A DNA stretch of 63,838 nucleotides, from the NCBI GenBank assembly GCA_963776345.1, contig CAVZMH010000010.1, forward strand, positions 1 through 63,838. Reading direction: 5' to 3'. A program made the position numbers and the translations under genes. The DNA is from an uncultured delta proteobacterium (GTDB lineage: Bacteria; Myxococcota; Myxococcia; Myxococcales; Myxococcaceae). Positions 1-10,078 of this stretch are shown piece after piece (within the stretch, counting starts at the first letter, position 1; every line of letters begins with the position of its first letter). A model generated the notes under the pieces. That model saw only the letters and a list, made by a program, of their open reading frames with translations, searched no databases and was not told where the DNA came from.

Positions 1-59
1 CGCCGGCTCCGGGGACTTCCGGGTGCCGCGAGGATCCCGCACACTCGCGGGAGGGCTCG

Positions 60-678
60 ATGAAGGTCCAGGACACAGGTGACGCGCGGGCGAGCCGATC
101 ACGCCGGCGTCGCGTCCTTCTCCGGCCACCGACGAGCGCCGACCAGCGGGAATTTCTCGCGCTCGCCCGAGCCAGCCGGAAGCTCCACCGGCCCTGGGTG
201 TATCCTCCCGAGACCGCGGCCGCGTTCCGGAGCTACCTGCGCTGGAGCCGGGCGAAGACGTTCAGGGGGTTGCTCGCGGTGCGGAGGGAAGACGGGGCCA
301 TCGTCGGCGCCTTCAAACTCTCGCAGATCTTCCACGGAGATTTCCGGAACGCCTACCTCGGCTACTGGGTCGGCGCGCCCTTCGCCGGTCAGGGCTACAT
401 GACGGAGGCGATGGCGCTGCTCTTGAGCCATGCGTTCCGGACGCTGAAGCTCCACCGGGTGGAGGCCAACGTGCAGCCCGGAAACAGGCGCTCGGCGGAG
501 TTGCTCCAGCCGCACCGGTTTCCGGAAGGAGGGGTTCTCACCCCGCTACCTCAAGGTGGGAGGCCGCTGGCGTGACCACGACCGGTGGGCCATCACCGCC
601 GAGGACGTCCGCTCGGTCAGCGGTCCCAGCGATGGAACGGGTCGGGCCCCTTGGCCCGGTCGATCTCCGTCGCGCTGA
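60..678 (+). CDS. RimJ/RimL-type GNAT N-acetyltransferase (apparent +1 frameshift near 510)
   Basis: [26 protein letters not shown] motifs. The typical C-terminus [25 protein letters not shown] continues in the +1 frame to TGA at 676-678. Confidence 0.85.
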
Positions 679-922
679 CCGCCGCTTCCAGCACTCCCCG
701 CTTGGGGGGCGGCTTGGAGAGCGCGGTCCGCACGTCGCCCTCGAAGCGGACCTTCCCGGTGGCCACCTCACGGAGCGCGACCACCGCCGACTTGTTGCGC
801 TGGGTCTGGACCAGGGGCGTGGCGCCGGACGCGAGCTGCCGGGCGCGGCGCGTGGCCAGGATGCAGAGGGCGAAGCGGTTGTCGACGAACTCGACACAGT
901 CCTCGACGGTGATGCGAGCCAT
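617..922 (-). CDS. rpoZ: RNA polymerase omega subunit
   Basis: [33 protein letters not shown] signature, with a short C-terminal extension. Confidence 0.92.
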   Translation of the reverse strand: MARITVEDCVEFVDNRFALCILATRRARQLASGATPLVQTQRNKSAVVALREVATGKVRFEGDVRTALSKPPPKRGVLEAAVSATEIDRAKGPDPFHRWDR

Positions 923-1163
923 GGAAACCTCGGTGCTGGACGGATGCGGCGAGACCGTCCTGCGGGTCCGAAGCGTCCTCGAGGCTCCAGGTGCAGGTGC
1001 GACACGGCGGCGCTGATCCATCGAGTATCAGGCCCGGCGAATCGCGGCAACCAGGGGCGCCCCGAGCGCGTGGCGGCCCGCAACGCCACCTGCTCCGGTG
1101 TGGTACACGCTCCCGGAGACTTCTCGCCCTGGATCACCAGGCCACCCGAGGTCGGGAGCTCGA

Positions 1164-1424
1164 ATGCCTCCTCCGGCCGGGGACCCCAGTCAGGCTCACG
1201 CCCTCAGCGCGCGCTGCGCTCATCTGCGCCAGCGCAATCCCCTTCGCTCCGACGCGCTCCTGGTCTGCGCCTGGCCGGGCTGCCCGGAGGGCACGCTCCA
1301 CTGCGCGATCCAGGTCTGCGTCGAGGCGGCCTCACCGTGGCGCCGGGAGGTGCTGGTGGAGCTCGAGCGCGAGTCGATGCCGCGAGGGGAGCGGTTCACC
1401 TTCCGCTGGAAGAGCGCGCCCTGA
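1164..1424 (+). CDS. Small Cys-containing hypothetical protein
   Basis: 86-aa ORF with protein-like composition (LVCAWPGCPEG..HCAIQVC); family not recognised. Confidence 0.4.
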   Translation: MPPPAGDPSQAHALSARCAHLRQRNPLRSDALLVCAWPGCPEGTLHCAIQVCVEAASPWRREVLVELERESMPRGERFTFRWKSAP

Positions 1425-1578
1425 CGGCGGCTCTGACCGAACAATTCGCTTTCCGTCCGGGGGCCTGTTAGACAAGTCCCTTCGCGAGGGGCTGCTCTTG
1501 CGAGCTCCCGCGCCGTGCTGGTGCGTGTGTTATTCGTCCGGCCGGTCTTCCCTGCTCGACAGAAGGTAGTTCTCAGAC

Positions 1579-2916
1579 GTGTCCACAGAGCCAGTCTCTG
1601 CTCCCGATTTCCATACCCTGGGTCTGTCGCCCGCCGCGCTTCGCGCGGTGAGCGCGGCCGGGTTCACTTCTCCCACCCCGATCCAGAGCAAGGCGATCCC
1701 GCCTGCGCTGTCCGGGTCCGACGTCATCGGCTGCGCCGCCACCGGGACCGGCAAGACCGCGGCGTACCTCCTTCCGGTGATCGAGCGGCTGGCCGGAAAG
1801 ACCGGCACCCGGGCGCTGGTCCTCGCCCCCACCCGTGAGCTGGCGCTGCAGATCGCGCAGGCGGTCGACACCCTCGGCCGCGAGGCGCGGATGCGCGCCG
1901 CGGTGGTCATCGGCGGCGTGGCCCAGGAAGGTCAGCGTCAGGCGCTCCGCGAGCGCCGGCCGATCCTCATCGCCACCCCCGGCCGGCTGGTCGATCACCT
2001 CGAGTCGGGAACCGCTCGTCTCGACGACATCGAGATGCTGGTGCTCGACGAGGCCGACCGGATGCTGGACATGGGCTTCGCTCCCCAGCTCCGCCGGGTG
2101 ATGGCCCGCCTGCCGGCGAAGCGCCAGTCGCTGCTCTTCTCCGCCACCATGGCCGGCGAGGTCGCCGAGTTCGCCAAGAAGCACCTGCGCTCCCCGGTCC
2201 GGGTGGAGGTGGCCCGTTCCGGCACCGTCCCGGCGCGGGCGACGCAGCTCGCCTACCGCGTCGGGCAGACCGAGAAGAACGCGCTGCTGGAAGCGCTCCT
2301 CCGCGGTTCCGACGACAGCACGCTGGTCTTCGTGCGTACCCGGCGCCGCGCGGACAAGGTCGCTCGCTCGCTCGAGCGGTCCGGACACAAGATCGACCGT
2401 ATCCACTCCGACCGTTCCCAGGCCCAGCGCCAGCGGGCGCTGGAGAGCTTCCGCCGCGGGCAGGTCCGGGTGCTGGTCGCCACGGACATCGCGGCGCGGG
2501 GAATCGACGTCGCGGACATCGGCCACGTCGTCAACTACGACCTCCCGCACGTCGCCGAGGACTATGTGCACCGCATCGGACGGACGGCCCGTGCCTCCGC
2601 CAGCGGGCGCGCCTCGAGCTTCGTCGCCCCCGACGAGGCGCCGCTCCTCCAGGCCATCGAGCGTCTGATGCGGACCCGCGTCCCCGAGGGCCGCGTTCCG
2701 CGGGACGAGCCCGCCTTCCAGGAAGCGGTGGAGACCAGCGAGGCCCGGAAGCACGCTCCCGGCCCCCGGCAGCCCGGACACGGCGTCTCCTCGCGTCCGG
2801 CTGGTCAGGCGCCCGGGCGGCATGCCCGGACCCACGGACGTGGCGCGGTCTTCTCCGGCGGCCCGTCGCGCAAGAGCGCAAACCGTCGGCCCGCCGCCGC
2901 GACCCGCTGGTCGTAG
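1579..2916 (+). CDS. DEAD-box RNA helicase (RhlE-like)
   Basis: Q motif (PTPIQ), ATGTGKT, PTRELA, TPGR, DEAD, SAT, ARGID, HRIGR and a basic C-terminal tail. Confidence 0.97.
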   Translation: MSTEPVSAPDFHTLGLSPAALRAVSAAGFTSPTPIQSKAIPPALSGSDVIGCAATGTGKTAAYLLPVIERLAGKTGTRALVLAPTRELALQIAQAVDTLGREARMRAAVVIGGVAQEGQRQALRERRPILIATPGRLVDHLESGTARLDDIEMLVLDEADRMLDMGFAPQLRRVMARLPAKRQSLLFSATMAGEVAEFAKKHLRSPVRVEVARSGTVPARATQLAYRVGQTEKNALLEALLRGSDDSTLVFVRTRRRADKVARSLERSGHKIDRIHSDRSQAQRQRALESFRRGQVRVLVATDIAARGIDVADIGHVVNYDLPHVAEDYVHRIGRTARASASGRASSFVAPDEAPLLQAIERLMRTRVPEGRVPRDEPAFQEAVETSEARKHAPGPRQPGHGVSSRPAGQAPGRHARTHGRGAVFSGGPSRKSANRRPAAATRWS

Positions 2917-3005
2917 GCGCGCTCTCTCGAGTGGGGCATCCTCCATTCACGGATGCCCCGGCCGTGGTCGGCGCCCGAGGGCTCTGGGAAGCCTAGAGCT
3001 CGACC

Positions 3006-3443
3006 TCAGCGGTAGACGAGCACCGGCACCTTGCTGTGGGTGAGGACCTTGGTGGTCTCGCTCCCGAGGATCAGCCCGGCCACGCCGCGCCGCCCGTGCG
3101 AGGCCATGAACACCAGGTCGCAGCCGCGCTCCTTCGCCGCGGCGATGATCGCCTCGAACGGGTGCGCGTTCACCACCCGGACGGTCTCCACGGGAGTACC
3201 GATCGCGGTGGCGGTGGTCTTCACCCGCTCCAGCGTCTTCTCCGCGCGGGCGGCCTGCGCCTTCTCGTACTCGGGCTCGGTGGTGACCAGCATCATCGGC
3301 TCGGTCGCGATGAACTGGAACGGCGGGGTCACAGTGAGAACCGTCACCTTCGCGTCGAGCGCCCTGGCCAGCGTGAGCCCGGCGGCCTCGGCCTTCGCGG
3401 ACAGCTCCGACCCGTCGGTCGGGATCAGCACGTGCTTGTACAT
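3006..3443 (-). CDS. Universal stress protein
   Basis: MYKHVLIPTDGS..DLVFMASHGRRG..LGSETTKVL..PVLV. Confidence 0.95.
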   Translation of the reverse strand: MYKHVLIPTDGSELSAKAEAAGLTLARALDAKVTVLTVTPPFQFIATEPMMLVTTEPEYEKAQAARAEKTLERVKTTATAIGTPVETVRVVNAHPFEAIIAAAKERGCDLVFMASHGRRGVAGLILGSETTKVLTHSKVPVLVYR

Positions 3444-3519
3444 GACGACCTCCTCGTCGGATGTGCCGTATCGCACCGCGCAACGGACGCAAGGTGCCCT
3501 CCGGGCTTACGGCCGCGGT

Positions 3520-3536
3520 TCGCGCAGACTTTGCGC
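3520..3536. promoter_or_regulatory. Putative transcription factor site TCGCGCAGACTTTGCGC (GCGCA-N5-TGCGC) in the usp/hydrogenase divergent promoter
   Basis: 15/17 identical to 12466-12482, which also lies upstream of a USP gene. Confidence 0.5.
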
Positions 3537-3572
3537 GTCGACGGGCCTGAGTCACGTGGTTACGGTGGCGCC

Positions 3573-4700
3573 ATGGCGGCGGCGCTCGTCCCGGGCAGCA
3601 AGGCGGTACTCCCTCTGGAGGGACTCGGCGCCCTGGTGACCGCGCTCGGCGCCGCCGGCTGGGAAGTCTGGGGCCCCACGGTGCGCGAGGAGGCCATTGT
3701 CCTCGGCCGCATCTCGTCGGTCGACGACCTCCCGCGCGGCGTGGGCGACGAGCAGGCCCCGGGCCACTACCGGCTCCGCCGGCGCGAGGACGGCGCGCTC
3801 TTCGGGTACGCCGCCTCGCCGCACTCGCCCAAGAAGGAGCTGCTCCCGCCGCGCGTCCCGCTCTACAGCATCCGGAAGAACGGCCAGGACCTCGAGGTGC
3901 AGCCTCCGCCGACGCCCGAGCGAAAGCTGGCGCTGCTCGGGGCCCGCGCCTGCGAGCTGGCGGCCATCGGCATCACCGACAAGGTCCTCTCGGCCGGCCC
4001 GTACGCGGACGGCGACTACACGGCGCGCCGCGCGCGGCTCTTGGTCATCGCCGTGCACTGCGGCTCGCCCGCCGGGACCTGCTTCTGCGTGTCGATGCAG
4101 ACCGGCCCGCGGGCCCGTGGCGGATTCGACCTGGCGCTCACCGAGCTGCTGGAGCCCAAGCACCGCTTCCTGCTCGAGGTGGGCACCGAGCGCGGTGCGG
4201 CGGTGCTCGAGGGCATCGCCACCGGCCCGGCGACGCCCGCGGACCTCGAGGCCGACGGCGAGGTCACCGCCCGCGCCGAGCGCTCCATGGGGCGAACGCT
4301 CGACACCCAGGGCCTCCCCGAGCTGCTGATGGCCAACCTCGAGCATCGGCGCTGGGACCAGGTCGCCGCGCGGTGCATCGGCTGCGCCAACTGCACCCTC
4401 TCCTGCCCCACCTGCTTCTGCACCAGCACCGAGGACGTCACCGACCTCTCGGGGGCGGTGGCCACGCGCACCCGGCGCTGGGATTCGTGCTTCGCGGCGG
4501 ACTTCGGCTACGTCGTGGGCGGCAACGCGCGCCCGACGCTGAGGTCGCGCTACCGCCAGTGGCTGACCCACAAGCTCGCGACGTGGCACACGCAGTTCGG
4601 AAGCTCCGGCTGCGTGGGCTGCGGCCGCTGCATCACCTGGTGCCCGGTGGGCATCGACCTCACCGAGGAGGCCTCGGCCATCCGGAGGGACCCCGCATGA
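3573..4700 (+). CDS. hyhB: Group 3b NiFe hydrogenase (sulfhydrogenase) beta subunit, 4Fe-4S dicluster
   Basis: [16 protein letters not shown] and [16 protein letters not shown] ferredoxin motifs; first gene of the operon. Confidence 0.92.
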   Translation: MAAALVPGSKAVLPLEGLGALVTALGAAGWEVWGPTVREEAIVLGRISSVDDLPRGVGDEQAPGHYRLRRREDGALFGYAASPHSPKKELLPPRVPLYSIRKNGQDLEVQPPPTPERKLALLGARACELAAIGITDKVLSAGPYADGDYTARRARLLVIAVHCGSPAGTCFCVSMQTGPRARGGFDLALTELLEPKHRFLLEVGTERGAAVLEGIATGPATPADLEADGEVTARAERSMGRTLDTQGLPELLMANLEHRRWDQVAARCIGCANCTLSCPTCFCTSTEDVTDLSGAVATRTRRWDSCFAADFGYVVGGNARPTLRSRYRQWLTHKLATWHTQFGSSGCVGCGRCITWCPVGIDLTEEASAIRRDPA

Positions 4701-5146
4701 ACGACCTCGAGCAGTTGCTCCGGACCCACCCCTTCTGCCGCGGCCTCGCCGAGGAGCACCTGGCGACGCTGGTGGGCTGCACCACCAACGTGCGCTTCCG
4801 CTCGGGCGAGTACCTGATGCGCGAGGGGGAGTCGGAGGACCGGCTCTACCTCCTGCGCCAGGGCCGCGTGGGCCTCGAGCTCCGCCAGGCCGGGGGCGAG
4901 TCGGTCTGCCTGGAGACGCTCGCCGGCGGCGACGTGCTCGGCGTCTCGCTCCTGACGCCGCACGCCGCCCACCTCGACTGCCGGGCCCAGGAGACGGTGC
5001 TGGCCCTGGGCATCGACAACGGATGCCTGATCCAGAAGATGAACGCCGATCCACGGCTCGGCTACGCGATCAGCATGCGATTGCTCGAGAACACCTACCA
5101 GCGGCTGTCGAGGCACCGGCTGCAGTCGCTCGACGTGTACCGATGA
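4697..5146 (+). CDS. Stand-alone cyclic nucleotide-binding domain protein
   Basis: [31 protein letters not shown] cNMP fold, no HTH; ATGA overlaps with both neighbours. Confidence 0.85.
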   Translation: MNDLEQLLRTHPFCRGLAEEHLATLVGCTTNVRFRSGEYLMREGESEDRLYLLRQGRVGLELRQAGGESVCLETLAGGDVLGVSLLTPHAAHLDCRAQETVLALGIDNGCLIQKMNADPRLGYAISMRLLENTYQRLSRHRLQSLDVYR

Positions 5147-5964
5147 ACGCTGCCGCGCCCTACCTTCCGACCCCGATGCGCATCCGCCACGCGGCGCGCG
5201 AGCTCCCGGGCGTCTTCACCTTCCGCTTCGACGTGCCGGGCGGGTTCGCCTTCCGGCCGGGGCAGTTCAACATGCTGTACGTGCACGGGGTGGGCGAGGT
5301 GCCCATCTCCATCTCCGGCGACCCCACCGTGCCCGGGGAGCTGGTGCACACCGTCCGCGCCGTCGGCACCGTCACCCGGGCGATGGAGCCGCTGGAGGCC
5401 GGAGGCATGCTCGGCATCCGCGGCCCGTACGGGAGCGCCTGGCCCATCGAGGAGATGCGGGGGCGGGACGTGGTCTTCGTGGCCGGCGGGCTGGGGCTCG
5501 CGCCGCTCCGGCCGGCCATCCTCGGCGTCCTCGCCCAGCGCGAGCACTACGGCGCGGTCACCCTCCTCTACGGGGCGCGCTCGCCGACCGAGCTGCTCTT
5601 CCACCACGACCTCACGAAGTGGCGCGGCCGGTTCGACCTGCGGGTGGAGGCCATCGTCGACCGCGCGGGTCGCGACTGGCGCGGGCCGGTGGGCGTGGTG
5701 ACCAAGCTGGTCAGCGACGCGGCGATCGACCCGGACGACGCGGTGCTGGTCTGCGGCCCGGAGGTGATGATGCGCTTCGTGGTGGGCGAGCTCCGCCGCC
5801 GCGAGATCCCCGACTCCTCCATCTGGGTGTCGCTGGAGCGGAGCATGAAGTGCGGCGTGGGCCTGTGCGGCCACTGCCAGGTGGGCACCACCTTCGTCTG
5901 CAAGGATGGCCCGGTCTACCGGTTCGACCGGGTGGCCCCGCTGTTCTTCGCCCGGGAGCTCTGA
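5143..5964 (+). CDS. hyhG: Sulfhydrogenase gamma subunit, FAD/NAD(P)-binding with 2Fe-2S
   Basis: [52 protein letters not shown]. Confidence 0.93.
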   Translation: MNAAAPYLPTPMRIRHAARELPGVFTFRFDVPGGFAFRPGQFNMLYVHGVGEVPISISGDPTVPGELVHTVRAVGTVTRAMEPLEAGGMLGIRGPYGSAWPIEEMRGRDVVFVAGGLGLAPLRPAILGVLAQREHYGAVTLLYGARSPTELLFHHDLTKWRGRFDLRVEAIVDRAGRDWRGPVGVVTKLVSDAAIDPDDAVLVCGPEVMMRFVVGELRRREIPDSSIWVSLERSMKCGVGLCGHCQVGTTFVCKDGPVYRFDRVAPLFFAREL

Positions 5965-5967
5965 GCC

Positions 5968-6735
5968 GTGGCCCGCCCCAAGCTCGCCGTCTTCAAGTTC
6001 GCCTCCTGCGATGGATGCCAGCTCAGCCTGCTGGACTGCGAGGACGCGCTGCTCGAGGTCGCCGGCGCGGTGGACATCGCGCACTTCCTCGAGGCGAGCT
6101 CGCACGTGGAGCCCGGGCCCTACGACCTGACGCTGGTGGAGGGGTCGATCACCACCGCCCACGACGCGGAGCGGATCCAGGAGATCCGGGCCCAGAGCAA
6201 GATGCTGGTCACCATCGGCGCCTGCGCCACGGCCGGAGGGATCCAGGCGCTGCGGAACTTCCGCGACCATCCGGAGATGGTGCGGGTGGTCTACGCCCGG
6301 CCCGAGTACGTGAGCTCGCTCGCCACGTCCACGCCCATCTCCGCCCACGTGAAGGTGGACTTCGAGCTCCGCGGCTGCCCGGTGGACAAGGGCCAGCTCC
6401 TGGAGGTCATCTCCGCGTCTCTCCACGGCCGGAGGCCAGCGGTGCAGAGCCACGCCACCTGCTTCGAGTGCAAGATGCGGGGAACGGTCTGCGTGATGGT
6501 GGCCCGGGGCGAGCCGTGCCTCGGCCCGGTGACACACGCCGGCTGCGGCGCGCTCTGCCCCGCGTACGCCCGCGGCTGCTACGGGTGCTTCGGCCCGAGC
6601 GACGCCGCGCACCCCGAGCCCCTGGGCCGGCAGCTGGTGCAGCTGGGCATTCCGGGGGAGTCGGTGAAGCGCCTGTTCAGCACCTTCAACGCCGCGGCGC
6701 CGGCCTTCGCCGAGGAGGCGGCGCGCCATGGGTAG
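5968..6735 (+). CDS. hyhS: NiFe hydrogenase small (delta) subunit
   Basis: [20 protein letters not shown] and C-terminal Fe-S cysteines. Confidence 0.93.
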   Translation: MARPKLAVFKFASCDGCQLSLLDCEDALLEVAGAVDIAHFLEASSHVEPGPYDLTLVEGSITTAHDAERIQEIRAQSKMLVTIGACATAGGIQALRNFRDHPEMVRVVYARPEYVSSLATSTPISAHVKVDFELRGCPVDKGQLLEVISASLHGRRPAVQSHATCFECKMRGTVCVMVARGEPCLGPVTHAGCGALCPAYARGCYGCFGPSDAAHPEPLGRQLVQLGIPGESVKRLFSTFNAAAPAFAEEAARHG

Positions 6736-8023
6736 CACCCGGACGCTCCTCGTCGAGGCGCTGGCCCGGGTGGAGGGCGAGGGCGCGCTGACCCTGAAGA
6801 TGGAAGGAGCGCGGGTGGTGGACGCGCAGCTCCGCATCTTCGAGCCGCCCCGGCTGTTCGAGGCGATGCTCCGCGGCCGGATGTGCACCGAGGCGCCCGA
6901 CCTGACCGCGCGCATCTGCGGCATCTGCCCGGTGGCGTACCAGATGAGCGCCTGCCACGCGGTGGAGGATGCGCTCGGCATCCGGGTGGACGGCGCGCTC
7001 CGGACGCTGCGGCGCCTGCTGTACTGCGGCGAGTGGATCGAGAGCCACGTGCTCCACATGGTGATGCTCCACGCGCCGGACTTCGCCGGCGTGCCGGACG
7101 TGATGACGCTCGCCCAGCGTCACCCCGAGCGGGTCCGCGCCTGCCTGCACGTGAAGAAGACCGGGAACGCGCTGATGACCGTGCTCGGCGGCCGGGAGAT
7201 CCACCCGATCAACGTGAAGGTCGGTGGGTTCTACCGCGCGCCCTCGGTCGAGGAGCTCCGGGCGCTGCTCCCGGACCTCGAGCAGGCGCTGGGCGAGGCG
7301 GAGCAGACGCTGGACTGGGTGGCCGGGTTCGACTTCCCCGAGTTCGAGCGCGCCTACGAGCTGGTCTCGCTCCGGCACCAGGACGAGTACCCGATGAACG
7401 AGGGCCGGCTGGTGTCGACCGGCGGGCTGGACATCGACGTGCACGCGCTGGGGAGCCACATCGTCGAGGAGCAGGTGCCGCACTCCACGGCGCTGCACGC
7501 CCGGCTCCTCGAGCGGGGCGCCTACCAGGTGGGCCCGCTCGCCCGGTTCGTGAACAACGTCGATCGCCTGCGTCCACGCGCCCGCGCCGCAGCGGCGCGC
7601 GTCGGCCTGGACGCCTCGTGCCGGAACCCGTTCCGGATGCTGCTGGTGCGTGGCGTCGAGGTGGTGCAGGCGATCGACGACGCCATCGCCATCATCCGGG
7701 GCTACGTGCCGCCGCCCGCGCCGTCGGTCCCGGTGACGCTGCGAGGAGGGACGGGGCAGGCCATCACCGAGGCGCCGCGGGGGATGCTCTACCACCGGTA
7801 TCGCATCGGACCGGACGGGCTCATCCAGGACGCGCAGATCATGCCCCCCACCTCGCAGAACCAGCGGTGCATCGAGCTGGACCTGGTGGCGATGGGACAC
7901 ACGCTGGCGGCGATGCCGCTCGACGCCGCGACCCGGCATGCCGAGCACGCCATCCGCAACTACGACCCGTGCATCTCCTGCTCCACGCACTTCCTCACCC
8001 TGAAGTTCGAGGCCGGCGCATGA
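6728..8023 (+). CDS. hyhL: NiFe hydrogenase large (alpha) subunit, group 3b
   Basis: RVEGEG, L1 RICGIC, L2 DPCISCSTH followed by a cleavable C-terminal extension. Confidence 0.96.
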   Translation: MGSTRTLLVEALARVEGEGALTLKMEGARVVDAQLRIFEPPRLFEAMLRGRMCTEAPDLTARICGICPVAYQMSACHAVEDALGIRVDGALRTLRRLLYCGEWIESHVLHMVMLHAPDFAGVPDVMTLAQRHPERVRACLHVKKTGNALMTVLGGREIHPINVKVGGFYRAPSVEELRALLPDLEQALGEAEQTLDWVAGFDFPEFERAYELVSLRHQDEYPMNEGRLVSTGGLDIDVHALGSHIVEEQVPHSTALHARLLERGAYQVGPLARFVNNVDRLRPRARAAAARVGLDASCRNPFRMLLVRGVEVVQAIDDAIAIIRGYVPPPAPSVPVTLRGGTGQAITEAPRGMLYHRYRIGPDGLIQDAQIMPPTSQNQRCIELDLVAMGHTLAAMPLDAATRHAEHAIRNYDPCISCSTHFLTLKFEAGA

Positions 8024-8913
8024 GCACCGAGCCCGTCGTGGTCGGCCTCGGGCAGCGGTACGGCGGGGACGACGCGGTGGGCCTGCACGTCGCCAGGGCG
8101 CTCGCGGAGGAAGGGTTGCCGGCGCGAGAGGCGGCCGACGCCGCCGCGCTGCTCGAGATCCTCGCCGAGGGACGGCCGGTGGTGCTGGTCGACGCGGTGG
8201 TGGGCGGCGGCGCGCCGGGGACGGTGCTCCGGCTCTCCGCGGAGGACCTCGGGTCGGTCCGCGCCGTGTCCTCGCACGGGCTCGGGGTCGCGGAGGTGGT
8301 GAAGATCGCCGGGAGGCTGCTCGGCGCTGCGCCAGCGCTGGAGATCGTGGGCGTCGTCGTCCGGCCGCCCGTCCGAGGCGCCGAGGGGCTCTCGGAGGAA
8401 GTGTCGCGGGCCGTCCCGCGCGCAGCGAGCGCGGTCCGGGACCTGCTCGCTCGCGCGGAGTCGGCCCGAGAGCGATTCCAGACGCAGGTGCGATCGGCGA
8501 GCATTCCCGGGAGAACCAAGGGGGACCGGATGCTCCGTCGAGAACACCAGGGTGGAGCGGTGGACGCCCATCGACGCGTGTCGCCCGGGCACCCAGGAGT
8601 TCAAGATCCGTTTTCAGGCGCCCGATGCCGGCACGCACTGACCGGACCGGCCGAACCCGAGGTCGCTCTGATACGCGTCGGTCCGGCTCCCCACCCACGC
8701 CTGGGGCGTCAGGCCGCCGGGGCGGGCGAGACCTTCTTCTCGACCGGGACGGCGCGCAGCGGCTCGCCGAACTCGCGCCACTCCTCGAGCCGGCAGGACC
8801 AGACCAGCTTCCCGTCGTGCACCGTCATGTCCGGGCAGCCGTCGCACATGTTCTCGCGGCCGTCGGCGCCGATGTCGATCGGCTGGATGATCAGGACCGA
8901 CTGCATGAATTGA
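8020..8913 (+). CDS. Hydrogenase maturation protease (conserved domain ends near 8460; ORF runs on)
   Basis: VVGLG..GDDAVG..VLVDAV..SSHGLG..GLSEEV; the 3' end is uncertain. Confidence 0.85.
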   Translation: MSTEPVVVGLGQRYGGDDAVGLHVARALAEEGLPAREAADAAALLEILAEGRPVVLVDAVVGGGAPGTVLRLSAEDLGSVRAVSSHGLGVAEVVKIAGRLLGAAPALEIVGVVVRPPVRGAEGLSEEVSRAVPRAASAVRDLLARAESARERFQTQVRSASIPGRTKGDRMLRREHQGGAVDAHRRVSPGHPGVQDPFSGARCRHALTGPAEPEVALIRVGPAPHPRLGRQAAGAGETFFSTGTARSGSPNSRHSSSRQDQTSFPSCTVMSGQPSHMFSRPSAPMSIGWMIRTDCMN

Positions 8914-9947
8914 CGGCGAAGCGCGGACCGAGGGCTGGTGACGACGGAGCGGAGCCACGCGCCCGCCGTTTCCCGCCCGGTCCGGTCGAACAGCGCCGAG
9001 CCGAGCATCGCCGCGTGCCCGGCCCGGAGCGCCCAGGGAGCGGCGTACCCGAGGTAGCGCCCGGTCCAGAGATGGTGCCCGACCTGCGCCGCCTCCATGA
9101 GCTTCGGGCCGAGGTACCCGTGGATCCGCTCGCCGTCTCCCACCCGCAGCGCGATGAGCCACTTGAAGCTCGTCGGGTCCACCGTGCCCGCCAGGTACGC
9201 CGCGGGCTGGTACGACGGCTCGTCCCGGGCGATGACCTCGATGACCTCCCGGGCCTGGATGTCGGTCCGCCGCCGCTGGTCGTCGAGGGTGTAGACGATG
9301 TCCTCCATGTCCGCCTTCTTCGCTCCGGCGTAGTACTCGAAGGTGTCGAGCCGGGCGGCGCGGTAGAGGATGAAGACCACGGTGTGGACCCGGTCGATGT
9401 TCCGTCCGGCCCAGCGGAGCACGTCCGGGATCTGGTGGAGCGTGTCCTCGTAGACGGTGGAGTTGAACGCGCAGGCCAGGCCCCCCTCGGCGGCGACCAG
9501 GTCCGCGTACTCCTGGCGGAGCTCGTTCATCTCCGCCTCGGTCTTGTTCCGCCACGCCGGCCGGCCCTGGTGCGAGTCGACGTGGAAGGTGAGGCCGACG
9601 AGGCCGGCCACCTTCATCTCGTGCAGGAGCTCGCGGGTGAGACCGACCCCGTTGGTGTTGATGATGGCCTTGCGTCCCATCGCCTTCACCCGGGAGACGA
9701 TCTGCACCACGTCCGGGTGGAGGAGCGGGTCGCCGCCGGCGATGGAGTAGCCGTCCACGTTCCGCAGGCGCGCGAACGTCGCGAGGTCCTGCTCCACGTC
9801 CTTCATCGACTTGTGCGCCTTCACGTTCTGGCGGTAGCAGCCGTCACAGGCGAGGTTGCAGGCCTGGGTCGGCTCGAGCCAGGCAATGGGGTTGTCGGTC
9901 AGGCTCCAGGGGAGGCGGTACATCCGGAGTGGATCGAGAACGGGCAT
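8709..9947 (-). CDS. Radical SAM protein of unknown function
   Basis: CNLACDGC (CxxxCxxC), GGDPLLHP, NTNG; C-terminal CDGC..C motif. Confidence 0.93.
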   Translation of the reverse strand: MPVLDPLRMYRLPWSLTDNPIAWLEPTQACNLACDGCYRQNVKAHKSMKDVEQDLATFARLRNVDGYSIAGGDPLLHPDVVQIVSRVKAMGRKAIINTNGVGLTRELLHEMKVAGLVGLTFHVDSHQGRPAWRNKTEAEMNELRQEYADLVAAEGGLACAFNSTVYEDTLHQIPDVLRWAGRNIDRVHTVVFILYRAARLDTFEYYAGAKKADMEDIVYTLDDQRRRTDIQAREVIEVIARDEPSYQPAAYLAGTVDPTSFKWLIALRVGDGERIHGYLGPKLMEAAQVGHHLWTGRYLGYAAPWALRAGHAAMLGSALFDRTGRETAGAWLRSVVTSPRSALRRQFMQSVLIIQPIDIGADGRENMCDGCPDMTVHDGKLVWSCRLEEWREFGEPLRAVPVEKKVSPAPAA

Positions 9948-10024
9948 GCGACTCCTCGGCGGCCGCGCAGGGTGTAGAAGGGCGGCGTGGCGGCGCACCC
10001 TAGGGAAACGCGGGAGGACGGCAC

Positions 10025-10038
10025 TTGACCGGGGTCAA
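10025..10038. promoter_or_regulatory. FNR-like box TTGACCGGGGTCAA
   Basis: TTGACC/GGTCAA inverted repeat in the divergent radical SAM / Crp-Fnr intergenic region. Confidence 0.7.
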
Positions 10039-10078
10039 GACGGCTCGCCGTGACGCCGACGAAGGTCCGACGTTCGGC

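Noticed and set aside
1440..1578. Lower-GC leader with small hairpins upstream of the DEAD-box helicase as a riboswitch or ncRNA
   Set aside because: No recognisable aptamer consensus; more likely promoter/UTR.
3537..3563. GTAACC on the minus strand upstream of usp (also at 12520-12525) as further ECF16 promoters
   Set aside because: No CGTA/CGAA at 16-nt spacing.
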